Assembly: GCA_035569605.1 (NCBI GenBank)
Contig: DATMMS010000001.1
Location: 91,521 to 155,520 of the forward strand
DNA from: Candidatus Solibacter sp.
GTDB lineage: Bacteria; Chloroflexota; Dormibacteria; DASZGP01
DNA: 64,000 bases
Direction of reading: 5' to 3'
In this document: one piece after another, positions 46,379 through 57,057 of the stretch
Layout of the letters: each line of letters opens with the position of its first letter
Numbering within the stretch: position 1 is the first letter of the stretch
Position numbers and translations under genes: made by a program
Notes under the pieces: generated by a model
What the model saw: only the letters and a program-made list of their open reading frames with translations
What the model was told of the DNA's origin: nothing
Database searches by the model: none

Positions 46379-47713
46379 CTATCGCAGGGCGGTGGCGTCA
46401 GGTATCCGGAGCGCGACCACGATGAATCGCGGGTCGTCGTCCTTCCAACCGTTGCAGGTCTGGAGGGTGAGTCGGTCGTCGGTGGTTGGCTGCAACCACT
46501 GCAGGTCCTTCCAGTTCACGCTGGGATGGATCTCTGACACCCGATAGCGGAGGGTCTTGCCGCCGCCATAGTCGATGGTGATGATGTTGCCGATATGCAG
46601 GTCGTGCAGTCTCCAGAACATGCCGTTGCGCGCGTGGGCATAGACATAGGTGTTGCTGCCGCCGTTCTGGTCGCCGGTTAGGAGGTGATCGGCGCCGGGA
46701 TAGGTAAACGCCTCGTACTTGACCGGCGGCGTCTTGCCGTCGCCCTTGGTGATCAGGAGGTCGATGTTGACGTTGCTTATCTTGATCCGCGGGAAACCGC
46801 TTTCGGGCTGCGCCACGGCCGCCTGGATCGCGTTGTTCACCTCGCCCGGGAGCTCGCGAAGGTCGACCGTGCTGCCCGGAGGCGCCAGCTGGGAGAAGCC
46901 GTAGAAGACCAGCACCAGGGCTACCGCCGAGGAGATCACGCGGCTGTCGTAGGCCCAGCGCCATCCCTTACCCGGGAGCCTGGGCTTGTCGGTCGGGCGG
47001 GGTGGCCGTCGCAGGCGCTGGGCGGCGAAGTAGGAGACCAGGCCGACGACCAGGATCGGCAGCACCGGTCCACCCGGCAGGCTGACCCCGTCGCCTGGCA
47101 GAAGTGCGCCCCCGCCCGGCCCAACCGATCCGGTGAGCGCGTCCGAGACCAGCTGCCAGATGCCAAAGGCGAAGATCGCCATCGCCACCACGAAGAGCCC
47201 GACAAGGAACCTGGTGTCGTACAGGAGTCCCCTTCGTGACGGCGGCGCGCTCTGCCGGCGGGCGGCGCGCCTGAGCTCGAGCTCGCGCTCTTTGGAGATG
47301 GTCTCGCCGACCATCGCCGCCACCGGGTCAAGCTCTGCCGTGGCGGCCGCCAGCCGAGCCGCCGCGGTTGGGACCGACGGAGGCTTTGGGGTAGCAGGCG
47401 CCTGGGCGGCAGGCGCCGGCATGGCCGTGCGCCGTGGCGCCGCCGGGCGTACCGGAGCCGTTGCGGGTGCCCCTGCAGGCGTCGCGCGCTTGCTCGCAGC
47501 TGGTGCGGCCTTGGGCCTGGCCTTCGTGCTTGCGCTTGCTCCGGTCTTGGGCGTCGACTTCTTACTCGCGGCTGTCGCGGGCTTGGGCTTCGCTGCGCCC
47601 TTGGGCGTGCTCTGACCAGAGGATGCCGCCGAGACTTTTGATGCTGCTGACTTCCGCCCCGCCGACGCCCCCTCTACTGGCGTTTTCTTAGGTTTGCCCT
47701 TCGGGTCAGCCAT
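46379..47713 (-). CDS. Membrane sortase-family transpeptidase with a long Lys/Ala/Pro-rich N-terminal tail
   Basis: Sortase triad contexts (YAHARNGMFWRLHDL, TLQTCNGW, RFIVVALR). Two TM helices. The N-terminal ~125 aa are rich in K, A, P, S and T (KPKKTP, AAKPKPATAASKKSTPK). Confidence 0.7.
   Translation of the reverse strand: MADPKGKPKKTPVEGASAGRKSAASKVSAASSGQSTPKGAAKPKPATAASKKSTPKTGASASTKARPKAAPAASKRATPAGAPATAPVRPAAPRRTAMPAPAAQAPATPKPPSVPTAAARLAAATAELDPVAAMVGETISKERELELRRAARRQSAPPSRRGLLYDTRFLVGLFVVAMAIFAFGIWQLVSDALTGSVGPGGGALLPGDGVSLPGGPVLPILVVGLVSYFAAQRLRRPPRPTDKPRLPGKGWRWAYDSRVISSAVALVLVFYGFSQLAPPGSTVDLRELPGEVNNAIQAAVAQPESGFPRIKISNVNIDLLITKGDGKTPPVKYEAFTYPGADHLLTGDQNGGSNTYVYAHARNGMFWRLHDLHIGNIITIDYGGGKTLRYRVSEIHPSVNWKDLQWLQPTTDDRLTLQTCNGWKDDDPRFIVVALRIPDATALR
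47339..47713 (-). repeat. Coding Lys/Ala/Pro/Ser/Thr-rich low-complexity region (sortase N-terminal tail)
   Basis: Encodes AAKPKPATAASKKSTPKTGASASTKARPKAAPAASKRATPAG-type repeats. Confidence 0.7.
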
Positions 47714-47808
47714 TTGAGGAAGCGATCGTACCCCGCGGTTCGGGCCCTTTCAAGGTTCGTTCTGAATTGGCGATAGCGGCAGAGCGCGCGTGTAGACTCG
47801 CTCTCGCC

Positions 47809-49230
47809 ATGCAGGTCAGCCTCGAGCGTCGGCCCGGATCGGTGGTCGAACTCTCGATCGAGGTGCCCACTGAGCAGGTCGAACGCGCCATCAACCTCGC
47901 CTTCGAACACATGTCGCCGAACGTGCGCGTCGCCGGCTTCCGGCCGGGAAAGGCTCCCCGCGAAATCCTCGAGCGCGAGATCGGATGGCCCGCGCTCCGG
48001 GAGCACGCCCTTGAGCACCTCCTCTCCGACACCATTGCCGAGGTCGTCGCCGAGCAGAAGCTGGAGGTGATCGCCAACCCGCAGGTTGAGGTCGAGCAGT
48101 TCGAGCGCTTGCAGCCGGCCCGCTTCAAGGCGCTGGTCACCGTCAAGCCAGAGGTCGTCCTGGGCGACGTCAGCGCCATCCGCGCGCCGCTCAAGGAAGC
48201 CGCCGTCGGGACCGACGCGGTGGACGCGGCGATCGAGGAGATCCGCGAGAGCCTGGCGGTGCTGGTACCGGCTGACAACCGGCCGGTCCAGGAGGGCGAC
48301 CACCTTGTCGTCGACCTGGAGGTGCGCAAGGACGGCGTTCCGGTCGACGACCAGCCCACCGCTAATCTCCAGCTCGATGTCAGCGCTGACAGCCTGCTTC
48401 CCGGCTTGTTCGATGGACTGAGCGGCATGACCCAGGACAAGAGCAAGGAGATCCCCGTCCACCTCCCCGACGACTATCGCCGGACCGAGCTCGCGGGGCA
48501 GGACGTGATCTTCGCGGTCACCGTCAAGGAGATCAAAGAGCACCAGCTGCCCCCGGTCGACGACGAGCTGGCCAAGCTCAGCGGCGCGGGCGAGACCGTC
48601 GAGGAGCTGCGTCAGCGGGTGGAGGAGCGCCTCCGTGCAGCGGCTGAGCGCGACGAGGTGTTCGCCCAGCAGAAGGCGGCCCTGGACCAGCTGGTGGAGA
48701 CGTCGCGGTTCGAGGTTCCCGACGTGATCGTCGAGGATGAGATCGAGCGCGAGATCCGGAACCTGGCCATCAGCCTCGGCCAGCAGGGGATCGACTTCGA
48801 GAAGTTCGTCGAGTTCGGCGGCGCCGACATGACTCAGCTGCGCGAGGAGCGACGGCCAGCGGCACGCGACCGGGCGGCCCAGGAGCTGGTGCTGGACGCG
48901 CTTGCCGAGCAGCAGGCGATCGTTCCCAGCGACGCCCACATCGACGCGGAGGCCAACCGGGTGCTCGAGGGCAGCGAGGATGCCGAGCGCCTCAAGTCTT
49001 CAGACCGAGTGCGGGCTTACGTGGCCGAGCGGATGCGGCTGCAGTGGGCGTTGCTGTGGCTGGCGGCGACGGCGCGAGGGGAGACCTGGACCCCGCCGGA
49101 GCCGGGCGCCGACGACAGTGGCGCCGGCGCCGAGGCAGCCGCCGGCGAGATGGTGGGCGGCGAGCTGGCAGTGCCGGTCCCGGAGTCCGAGCCCGAGCCG
49201 GAAGGCCCAGACGGAATGGTTGAGATCTGA
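47809..49230 (+). CDS. tig: Trigger factor
   Basis: N-terminal [19 protein letters not shown] and the [13 protein letters not shown] ribosome-binding signature. Acidic C-terminal extension. Confidence 0.9.
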   Translation: MQVSLERRPGSVVELSIEVPTEQVERAINLAFEHMSPNVRVAGFRPGKAPREILEREIGWPALREHALEHLLSDTIAEVVAEQKLEVIANPQVEVEQFERLQPARFKALVTVKPEVVLGDVSAIRAPLKEAAVGTDAVDAAIEEIRESLAVLVPADNRPVQEGDHLVVDLEVRKDGVPVDDQPTANLQLDVSADSLLPGLFDGLSGMTQDKSKEIPVHLPDDYRRTELAGQDVIFAVTVKEIKEHQLPPVDDELAKLSGAGETVEELRQRVEERLRAAAERDEVFAQQKAALDQLVETSRFEVPDVIVEDEIEREIRNLAISLGQQGIDFEKFVEFGGADMTQLREERRPAARDRAAQELVLDALAEQQAIVPSDAHIDAEANRVLEGSEDAERLKSSDRVRAYVAERMRLQWALLWLAATARGETWTPPEPGADDSGAGAEAAAGEMVGGELAVPVPESEPEPEGPDGMVEI

Positions 49231-49288
49231 GGCGGGTTGGTCAAGAGCATCGCGCAGCAGTATTGGATTGGATAGGACGGTGAGTAAT

Positions 49289-50005
49289 ATGGATCGCATG
49301 GAGCCAGTCAGGGATTACCTGGTGCCGATGGTCATCGAGACCACCAACCGGGGCGAGCGCGCCTTCGACATCTACTCGCGGCTGCTCAAGGACCGCATCA
49401 TCTTCATCGGCACCCCGATCGACGACCAGATCGCCAACCTGGTCATGGCCCAGCTCCTCTTTCTGGAGGGCGAAGACCCCGAGAAGGACATCAACATCTA
49501 CATCAACTCGCCCGGTGGCGTGATCACCTCGGGGCTGGCGATCTACGACACCATGCAGTACATCAAGCCCCGCATCAGCACCATCTGCATGGGGCTGGCG
49601 GCTTCGATGGCGGTGCCGATCCTGGCCGGCGGGACCAAGGGCATGCGCTTCGCCCTGCCCAACACCCGGATCATGATCCACCAGCCGAGCGGCGGCTTCC
49701 AGGGCCAGGCGGCGGACATCGAGATCCAGGCCCAGGAGGTGCTCTTCCTGAAGGAGCGGATCAACGAGATCCTGGCGGCCCACACCGGCCAGCCGATCGA
49801 GCGGATCAGCCAGGACTCCGACCGGGACCGCTGGATGAAGCCGGAGGAGGCGCAGGAGTACGGAATCATCGACGACATCATCCAGCGCCACGAAAAGGCC
49901 GAGGAAATCCAGGGGCTCTTGGACGGGAAGCTCGACAAGGATCCCAAGATCGACACCAAGACCGGTGAAAAGAGTAGTGAAAAAGCGGAGCCGGCCAAGG
50001 CTTAA
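49289..50005 (+). CDS. clpP: ATP-dependent Clp protease proteolytic subunit, with a ~40-aa Lys/Glu-rich C-terminal extension
   Basis: [17 protein letters not shown], catalytic Ser in GLAASMA, His in IMIHQP, Asp in DRD. Confidence 0.95.
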   Translation: MDRMEPVRDYLVPMVIETTNRGERAFDIYSRLLKDRIIFIGTPIDDQIANLVMAQLLFLEGEDPEKDINIYINSPGGVITSGLAIYDTMQYIKPRISTICMGLAASMAVPILAGGTKGMRFALPNTRIMIHQPSGGFQGQAADIEIQAQEVLFLKERINEILAAHTGQPIERISQDSDRDRWMKPEEAQEYGIIDDIIQRHEKAEEIQGLLDGKLDKDPKIDTKTGEKSSEKAEPAKA

Positions 50006-50045
50006 AGCGGTAGGGTGGTCTGGTGACAGCTTTTCGGTGTAGCAG

Positions 50046-51320
<1,275 letters not shown>

Positions 51321-51341
51321 GGCGGCGGTCGCGGGCCCGCC

Positions 51342-51418
51342 GAGGCTCGTGACTCGATGCGGTTCTAAGCTCTCGCTCGATTCTGAGCTTGCCCTCGCCT
51401 AACCTCGCCACGAGCCTC
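51342..51418 (+). other. Nested inverted repeats downstream of clpX (possible terminator or structured RNA)
   Basis: Outer arms GAGGCTCGTG (51342-51351) and CACGAGCCTC (51409-51418). Inner arms AAGCTC (51367-72) and GAGCTT (51385-90). Confidence 0.3.
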
Positions 51419-51597
51419 GTCGGACCCACGCCAGCCGCGACGTCCGGGCCGCTCCTCTTGCAGCAGGGAGGACAGCGGTCGGCGCACCGGGACGCAGGCC
51501 ACCTCCACCGCGTGCAAATGGGTCGTGACCCCTCTCCTGTTACGTCACGCTGGCGTGCCTGAGAGCCCAGCTACCCGGCGCTGCGACAATACGGACC

Positions 51598-51819
51598 ATG
51601 AGCAGAGCGAAGCCCAAGACCGAGTGGGCTGTCAAGCACTTCTCCCAAGCGAATCCAGCTGGGCCTCATCAAGGCGACCTGGCGGCCTTGCTGCGGCGAG
51701 TCGCGGACTCTGTCGAGGCGTTGGGCAAAGTGAGTGTCCAAGACTTGGTCTTACACACCGAAGTGACGGCTGACGGCGACTGGCCGTCGCTTACGGTGTA
51801 CTACCACCGCCACAGATAA
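51598..51819 (+). CDS. Hypothetical 73-aa protein in a lower-GC islet
   Basis: ORF with atypical codons for this genome (TTA, TTG, CAA, AGA). No recognisable motif. A competing ORF lies in another frame (51525..51773). Confidence 0.3.
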   Translation: MSRAKPKTEWAVKHFSQANPAGPHQGDLAALLRRVADSVEALGKVSVQDLVLHTEVTADGDWPSLTVYYHRHR

Positions 51820-51861
51820 CCCTTCCCCCGCCGCCTGAAAGGAGCTCCCGGAACAGACCGC

Positions 51862-52404
51862 CTAGCGCGGCGGGCCCACGCCCGATAAGTGACGTCCGGG
51901 GGTGACGTTCTCGGGGTGTGCGGTGGTTCCATCCGGCGGCCCCACCTCAGACTCCGGCCTGGCATTCTCGATGATCCGAGCCGTGATCGCTCGGACGCGT
52001 GCGTACGTGGCTGGGCCCAGGGCGTCCCGCAGGCGGTCCTCCACAGCGGCGACAGCCTGAGCCGCGGTCGCGGTCGTTTTCCGTCCCTTCGCTGTCAGCC
52101 GCACCAGTTTGGCCCGCCGATCCATCGGGTCCTGGCGCCGCTCCACATAGCCCCGACGCTCGAGGTCGTCTACCAGCTCACCCATTGACTGCGCTGTCAT
52201 CCCAGCCGTCGCGGCCATGACGCTGAGGCGAACGTCGTCGCCATACGTCAGGCGCTCCAGCACGTTGCCGTGGGCAGGGCGAAGGTCGTCGAAGCCTGAT
52301 GCGGCGACGTGGTCGAAGACGTCCTGCGAGAGCAGGTTGTAGGCGGTGCGGAAGAGTTGAGCGGTTGAGGGACTGCGCTCGCTGCGCGACTTCGCCGTTG
52401 ACAT
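51862..52404 (-). CDS. MarR family transcriptional regulator
   Basis: wHTH segment (LSVMAATAGMTAQSMGELVDDLERRGYVERRQDPMDRRAK). Start taken at MSTAKS, since the longer ORF in the track is Pro/Arg-rich and noncoding-like. Confidence 0.85.
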   Translation of the reverse strand: MSTAKSRSERSPSTAQLFRTAYNLLSQDVFDHVAASGFDDLRPAHGNVLERLTYGDDVRLSVMAATAGMTAQSMGELVDDLERRGYVERRQDPMDRRAKLVRLTAKGRKTTATAAQAVAAVEDRLRDALGPATYARVRAITARIIENARPESEVGPPDGTTAHPENVTPGRHLSGVGPPR

Positions 52405-52407
52405 CGG

Positions 52408-52426
52408 TAATAAGGATACCTTATTA
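52408..52426. promoter_or_regulatory. AT-rich perfect palindrome TAATAAGG-ATA-CCTTATTA (candidate MarR operator)
   Basis: 8-bp arms with a 3-bp spacer, lying 4 nt upstream of the marR ATG. It sits in the divergent intergenic region shared with the SRPBCC gene and overlaps a possible -10 (TATCCT on the minus strand). Confidence 0.5.
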
Positions 52427-52499
52427 TCAGGCCTCCTTAGCAAATTACCGGAGCGGTCCGAACCAGGAGCTGCTCCACGCTTATCGAGGAGGACGGGAC

Positions 52500-52922
52500 A
52501 TGTGGAAGAGTGAGCACCGGGAGGAGACCGTCGCTCGGGCGGACGTGGTATGGGGCATCCTCGCGGATGCCGAGGGTTGGCCGCGATGGAACCCTGGGTA
52601 CTCCAAGGCGCACCTCGATGGACCGTTGGCGGCGGGCACAACCGGAGAGGTCACCCTTGCCAACGGCATGGAGCGGAAGTTCGAGGTCTACGACGTCGAC
52701 GGCTCGACCTTCTTCTCCTACGGTTCGTCGATGCCGGGCGCGAAACAGGAGTTCCTGCAGCGGGTCGAGTCACTCGACGACGGGCGCACCCGGGTGACAT
52801 TCGGCCACACCATCGAAGGCCCGGCCTCGATGGTTTACGGACTGCTCTTTGGCAGGATCATCCGTGGCTACCTGCCTACCGCGGTGCGTCAGCTGGTGGC
52901 CCAGGCCGAGACAACCACCTGA
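52500..52922 (+). CDS. SRPBCC (START/Bet v1-like, polyketide cyclase-like) family protein
   Basis: SD GAGGAGG upstream. VWGILADAEGWPRWNP signature typical of SRPBCC proteins. Confidence 0.8.
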   Translation: MWKSEHREETVARADVVWGILADAEGWPRWNPGYSKAHLDGPLAAGTTGEVTLANGMERKFEVYDVDGSTFFSYGSSMPGAKQEFLQRVESLDDGRTRVTFGHTIEGPASMVYGLLFGRIIRGYLPTAVRQLVAQAETTT

Positions 52923-52934
52923 TACAAACGAGAG

Positions 52935-53303
52935 CTACTTCTCTGCCGGCACCGGCATGGGCGACGCGAGCTGGAAGTAATTGCCGTCGGGGTCGGCGAA
53001 GGTCGCCAGCGAGAAGCCGTCCTGCATGTCGTACGGCTCCTTGATCACCTCGGCCCCGAGGCCCTTGATTCGCTCGAACTCGCCCGGGACGTCGGCGGTC
53101 TCGAAGAACCAGATGCACCGCGCCGGCTCGGTGGCCTTACCGTGCACCTCCGAATGCAAGCCGATGCTCAGGAAGCCGCCCTCGCTCCCCCAGCCGGTGA
53201 AGCCGCCCTCCTGCATTGTCGGCGCTCCCAGGACCTTGGTGTAGAAGGCCACCAACGCCTCCGGGTTGTCGGTTCCGAGCAGGATGCTGTTGAACTTGAG
53301 CAT
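52935..53303 (-). CDS. VOC/glyoxalase-family protein
   Basis: 122 aa with paired beta-alpha-beta-beta-beta pattern and a FADPDGN motif. Confidence 0.85.
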   Translation of the reverse strand: MLKFNSILLGTDNPEALVAFYTKVLGAPTMQEGGFTGWGSEGGFLSIGLHSEVHGKATEPARCIWFFETADVPGEFERIKGLGAEVIKEPYDMQDGFSLATFADPDGNYFQLASPMPVPAEK

Positions 53304-53855
53304 CTAAACAGGCCCTCCGTCTTGGTCTCCGGTCCAGCCTACTCCACCGGCTACCGCCGACAGCTCGACGTCCACGACGGGGGAGTTGAGCAGCGTCTGG
53401 TAGACGACGCAGTAGCGCTCGGTGAGCTCCACCAACCGGGAGAGCTGGTCGGGCGGGGCGCTCGACTCGATGTCAAACCGCATTCGGATGTTGGCGAAGC
53501 CAACCGGCACGTCCTTGGCGACCGCCATCGTTCCGCGGAAGTCCAGGTCGCCTTCGGCGTGAACCGTCCCGCGCTCGATCGGGATCTCCATCGACGTCGC
53601 CACCGAGTTCATGGTGACGCCGGCGCAGGCGACCAGGGCCTGCAGAAGCATGTCGCCCGAGCACGCCGACATGCCGCCGCCGCCGCTGGCCGGATGCAGT
53701 CCCGCTTCGACCAGCGTCCGCCCCGTCTGGACGGAGCAAGTCACGCCCTCGCCGAGGGTTCCCTCGGCGTGCAGGGTCACCAGCGCGGACTCTGGCTCGC
53801 TACGGCAGCGCTCCTTCAGCGGTTGCTGGGCACTACGCAATGACTCGCGATCCAT
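53304..53855 (-). CDS. OsmC/Ohr-family peroxiredoxin-like protein
   Basis: Two-Cys pattern (ACSGDMLLQALVAC...) and C-terminal ERYCVVYQTL, typical of OsmC. Directly abuts the VOC gene. Confidence 0.85.
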   Translation of the reverse strand: MDRESLRSAQQPLKERCRSEPESALVTLHAEGTLGEGVTCSVQTGRTLVEAGLHPASGGGGMSACSGDMLLQALVACAGVTMNSVATSMEIPIERGTVHAEGDLDFRGTMAVAKDVPVGFANIRMRFDIESSAPPDQLSRLVELTERYCVVYQTLLNSPVVDVELSAVAGGVGWTGDQDGGPV

Positions 53856-53925
53856 GGCCACCTCCAAATAAGACTGCGTGGGCAGTTTAGGGGCCGGTGG
53901 GGCTAGACCGTAAGCTTTAGCCCGT

Positions 53926-56577
53926 ATGTCGGCGGAGATGGACAAGGCCTGGAAACCCCAGGACATCGAGCGTGAGCTCTATCGCAGCTGGGAGGAGGCC
54001 GGGCTCTTCATAGCCGACCCGTCGTCGGACCGCCCCAAGTTCAGCATCGTGCTGCCGCCGCCGAACATCACCGGCGAGCTCCATCTCGGCCACGCGATGC
54101 AGCAGTCGCTGATGGACCTGTACTGCCGGTACAAGCGGATGCGCGGGTTCGAGGTGCTGTGGCTGCCGGGCACCGACCACGCCGCCATCGCCACCCAGAA
54201 CGTGATCGAGCGGCAGCTGGCCGCCGAAGGGACCTCCAAGGAGGAGATGGGGCGGGCAGCGTTCGAGAAGCGCGTGGCCGCTTGGTACGAGAGCGTCGGC
54301 GCCACCATCGTCGACCAGGAACGCCGTCTTGGAGTGACCATGGACTGGTCCCGCAGCCGCTTCACCATGGACGACGCCTACGTCCGCTCTGTCCGCGAGG
54401 TCTTCGTCCGCCTCTACAACGACGGCCTCATCTACCGCGGGCCCCGGATAGTCAACTGGTGCCCGCGAGACAAGTCGTCCATCAGCGATCTAGAGGTGGA
54501 GTGGCGGGAGCAGGAGGACAAGCTCTACTACGTCCGCTACGACATGGTCGACGGCAGCGGCCACATAGTCGTGGCCACGGCGCGGCCCGAGACCATGCTG
54601 GCGGACACCGCGATCGCCGTGAACCCCAAGGACGATCGCTACAAGCACCTGATCGGGCGGAAAGCCCGGCTGCCGCTGGTGGGCCGGGAGCTGGAGGTGA
54701 TCGGCGACGACGCCGTAGAGATGGAGTTCGGCACCGGCGCCCTCAAGGTCACCCCCGGCCACGACCCCATGGACTACGAGATCGGGCAGCGGCACGGGCT
54801 GGAGATCCTGAGCTGCATCGACAAGTCCGGCAACATCACCAGCGACGACTGGGTGCCCGACACCCTGCGCACGCTCGACGCCGCCACCGCCCGCGGCCGC
54901 ATGGTGGCGATGCTCACCGAGCGGGACCACATGGTGAAGATCGAGCCCTACGTCCATTCGGTGGGCCACTGCGACCGCTGCGGCGAGATCATCGAGCCGC
55001 TCGTGGACGAGCAGTGGTGGTGCGCGATGGCCGAGCTGCGCGACCCTGCGGTGAAGGCGGTCGAGGATGGGAAAGTCGGCTTCTTCCCGGAGCGCTGGAC
55101 TCGCGTCTATCTCGACTGGATGGCGGGACTCAGGGACTGGAACGTGTCTCGCCAGCTCTGGCTCGGACACCGCGTGCCGGTGTACTACTGCGCCAACGGC
55201 CACACCTTCGCGTCGGTCGATGAGCCGGCCGGGTGCCCCGAGTGTGGCGATCAGAAACTGCGCCAGGACCCCGACGTGCTCGACACCTGGTTCTCGTCGG
55301 CGCTCTGGCCATTCGCGACCATGGGATGGCCGGAAAAAACCAAGGACCTGGAGGCGTTCTTCCCCACCGACTACCTCGTCACCGACCGGGGCATCATCTT
55401 CCTCTGGGTGGCGCGGATGATCATGACCTCGCTGCGCTTCACCGGCGAAATCCCCTTCCACTCCGTCCTGATCACCGCCACCATCCAGGCGCCCGACGGC
55501 CAGCGGATGAGCAAGTCCAAGGGCAACGGGGTCAACCCGCTGGAGATGGTCGACCTCTACGGCGCCGATGCGGTGCGGGCCTGGGCCGCCGCGGTCGGGC
55601 TTCGTGGCCAGGACGTGCGCTTCGACGAAGAGCTGATCCGCTCCTACCAGCTGTTCGCGAACAAGCTCTGGAATGTGGCGCGCCTGGTGCTCTCGAACGT
55701 CGAAGGGGTGGCGTCGGAGCCGGTCGCGACAGCGGGCGAGCGGGATTGTTTCGACGCCTGGATCCTGAGCCGCCTGGACGCGACCATCTCCGAGGTCACC
55801 GACTCGCTGGAGCGACACCGCCCTGGTGACGGCATCACCGCGATCTACGAGTTCGCCTGGCACGAGTTCGCCGACTGGTACCTCGAGGCTGCCAAGCCCC
55901 GCTTCCGCGCGCCGGCCGACGACGCCGGGCACGTGGCGGCGGCATCCACGGCGCTCCACGTCCTCGACACCACGCTGCGCCTGCTGCACCCCTTCATGCC
56001 ATTTGTGAGCGAGACGATCTGGACCCGGCTGCCGGGCGAGCGGCGGCCGATGATCGCGCGCGATGGCGGGGCCGCGTGGCCCGAGATGGCGGGGGCAGCC
56101 GACTCCGAAGGTGACGCGGCCATGACGTCCCTCTTCGAGCTGGTGCGCAACATTCGCGACGCTCGCAAGGACATTGGGGCCGGCGAGCGCGAGCGGCTTC
56201 AGGTCAAGGCGACCCGGCTCGGTCCCGACCCCTCCGCGCAGCTGCTGGACGGCGATTGCGGCCGCGCTGCGATCGGATGGCTGGCGTCGGTGGACTTCGC
56301 CGAAGCCCTGCCCCAGCCGGCAGCGCGGACTCTGGTGGTGGCGGGGCTGGAGCTGGCCATCGCCCCGCCGGTGAGCTCGGAAGCAGCCGTCGACCGCGGT
56401 GCCCTGGAGCGCGAACTCGAGGCGGCGCGGTCTAATATCGGGAGGCTGGAAAGCCAGCTCGCCAACCAGCAGTTCCTCAGCAAGGCCCGGCCTGAGGTGG
56501 TCCAGCAGGCGCGTGACCGGCTGGCCGCGGCCAAAGAGCGACTCGCAACCCTGGAGGACGCCTTCTCTCGTGCTTAA
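53926..56577 (+). CDS. valS: Valine--tRNA ligase
   Basis: HIGH motif (PPPNITGELHLGHA), KMSKS motif (RMSKSKGN), CP1 editing region, and a C-terminal coiled coil. Confidence 0.97.
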   Translation: MSAEMDKAWKPQDIERELYRSWEEAGLFIADPSSDRPKFSIVLPPPNITGELHLGHAMQQSLMDLYCRYKRMRGFEVLWLPGTDHAAIATQNVIERQLAAEGTSKEEMGRAAFEKRVAAWYESVGATIVDQERRLGVTMDWSRSRFTMDDAYVRSVREVFVRLYNDGLIYRGPRIVNWCPRDKSSISDLEVEWREQEDKLYYVRYDMVDGSGHIVVATARPETMLADTAIAVNPKDDRYKHLIGRKARLPLVGRELEVIGDDAVEMEFGTGALKVTPGHDPMDYEIGQRHGLEILSCIDKSGNITSDDWVPDTLRTLDAATARGRMVAMLTERDHMVKIEPYVHSVGHCDRCGEIIEPLVDEQWWCAMAELRDPAVKAVEDGKVGFFPERWTRVYLDWMAGLRDWNVSRQLWLGHRVPVYYCANGHTFASVDEPAGCPECGDQKLRQDPDVLDTWFSSALWPFATMGWPEKTKDLEAFFPTDYLVTDRGIIFLWVARMIMTSLRFTGEIPFHSVLITATIQAPDGQRMSKSKGNGVNPLEMVDLYGADAVRAWAAAVGLRGQDVRFDEELIRSYQLFANKLWNVARLVLSNVEGVASEPVATAGERDCFDAWILSRLDATISEVTDSLERHRPGDGITAIYEFAWHEFADWYLEAAKPRFRAPADDAGHVAAASTALHVLDTTLRLLHPFMPFVSETIWTRLPGERRPMIARDGGAAWPEMAGAADSEGDAAMTSLFELVRNIRDARKDIGAGERERLQVKATRLGPDPSAQLLDGDCGRAAIGWLASVDFAEALPQPAARTLVVAGLELAIAPPVSSEAAVDRGALERELEAARSNIGRLESQLANQQFLSKARPEVVQQARDRLAAAKERLATLEDAFSRA

Positions 56578-57025
56578 GAACCTCGGCTCCCTGCTGGTGA
56601 TCCTGGGCATATATGCGGTCGTGCTGTATTTGGCGATCGCGTACTGGGCGCTCAAGGACGCTCGCGAGCGGTCCGATTCGGTAGGCCTCCACTACTTCGC
56701 CTTGTTCGTGAACCTGGTGCTGCCCCTACTGGGCCTGCTGGTCTACATGCTGGTTCGGCCCGGCACCACGATGGTGGAGAGGCGCGCCCTGGAGCTGGAA
56801 TCAGAAGCCCTCAGCATGACCTCGGAGGAGGAGGATCTGCGGCCTTGCCCGGCTTGCGGCCGCGAGATCGAGAAGGACTTCATCCTCTGCCCCTACTGCC
56901 AGACGCGCTTTGCCAAGCGCTGCCCATCGTGCCAGAAGTCCGTGCGGCTGGGCTGGACGTTGTGTCCTTATTGCGCTACGAGCCTGGAAATGGGCAAGGT
57001 TTCGCGCGCCGCCGGTCGGGACTGA
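56570..57025 (+). CDS. Membrane protein with a PLD-nuclease-N-like 2-TM domain and a C-terminal double zinc ribbon
   Basis: The GTG overlaps the valS stop. YWALKDARER...LLGLLVYMLVRP matches the PLDc_N pattern. Four CxxC pairs (CPACG, CPYC, CPSC, CPYC). Confidence 0.7.
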   Translation: MLKNLGSLLVILGIYAVVLYLAIAYWALKDARERSDSVGLHYFALFVNLVLPLLGLLVYMLVRPGTTMVERRALELESEALSMTSEEEDLRPCPACGREIEKDFILCPYCQTRFAKRCPSCQKSVRLGWTLCPYCATSLEMGKVSRAAGRD

Positions 57026-57057
57026 CTCTTACTCTTCAGGTCCTCGCGCCAAGCCTG

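Noticed and set aside
53856-53925. T-box leader upstream of valS.
   Set aside because: The intergenic region is only 70 nt and is shared with the divergent OsmC gene. That is far too short for a T-box.
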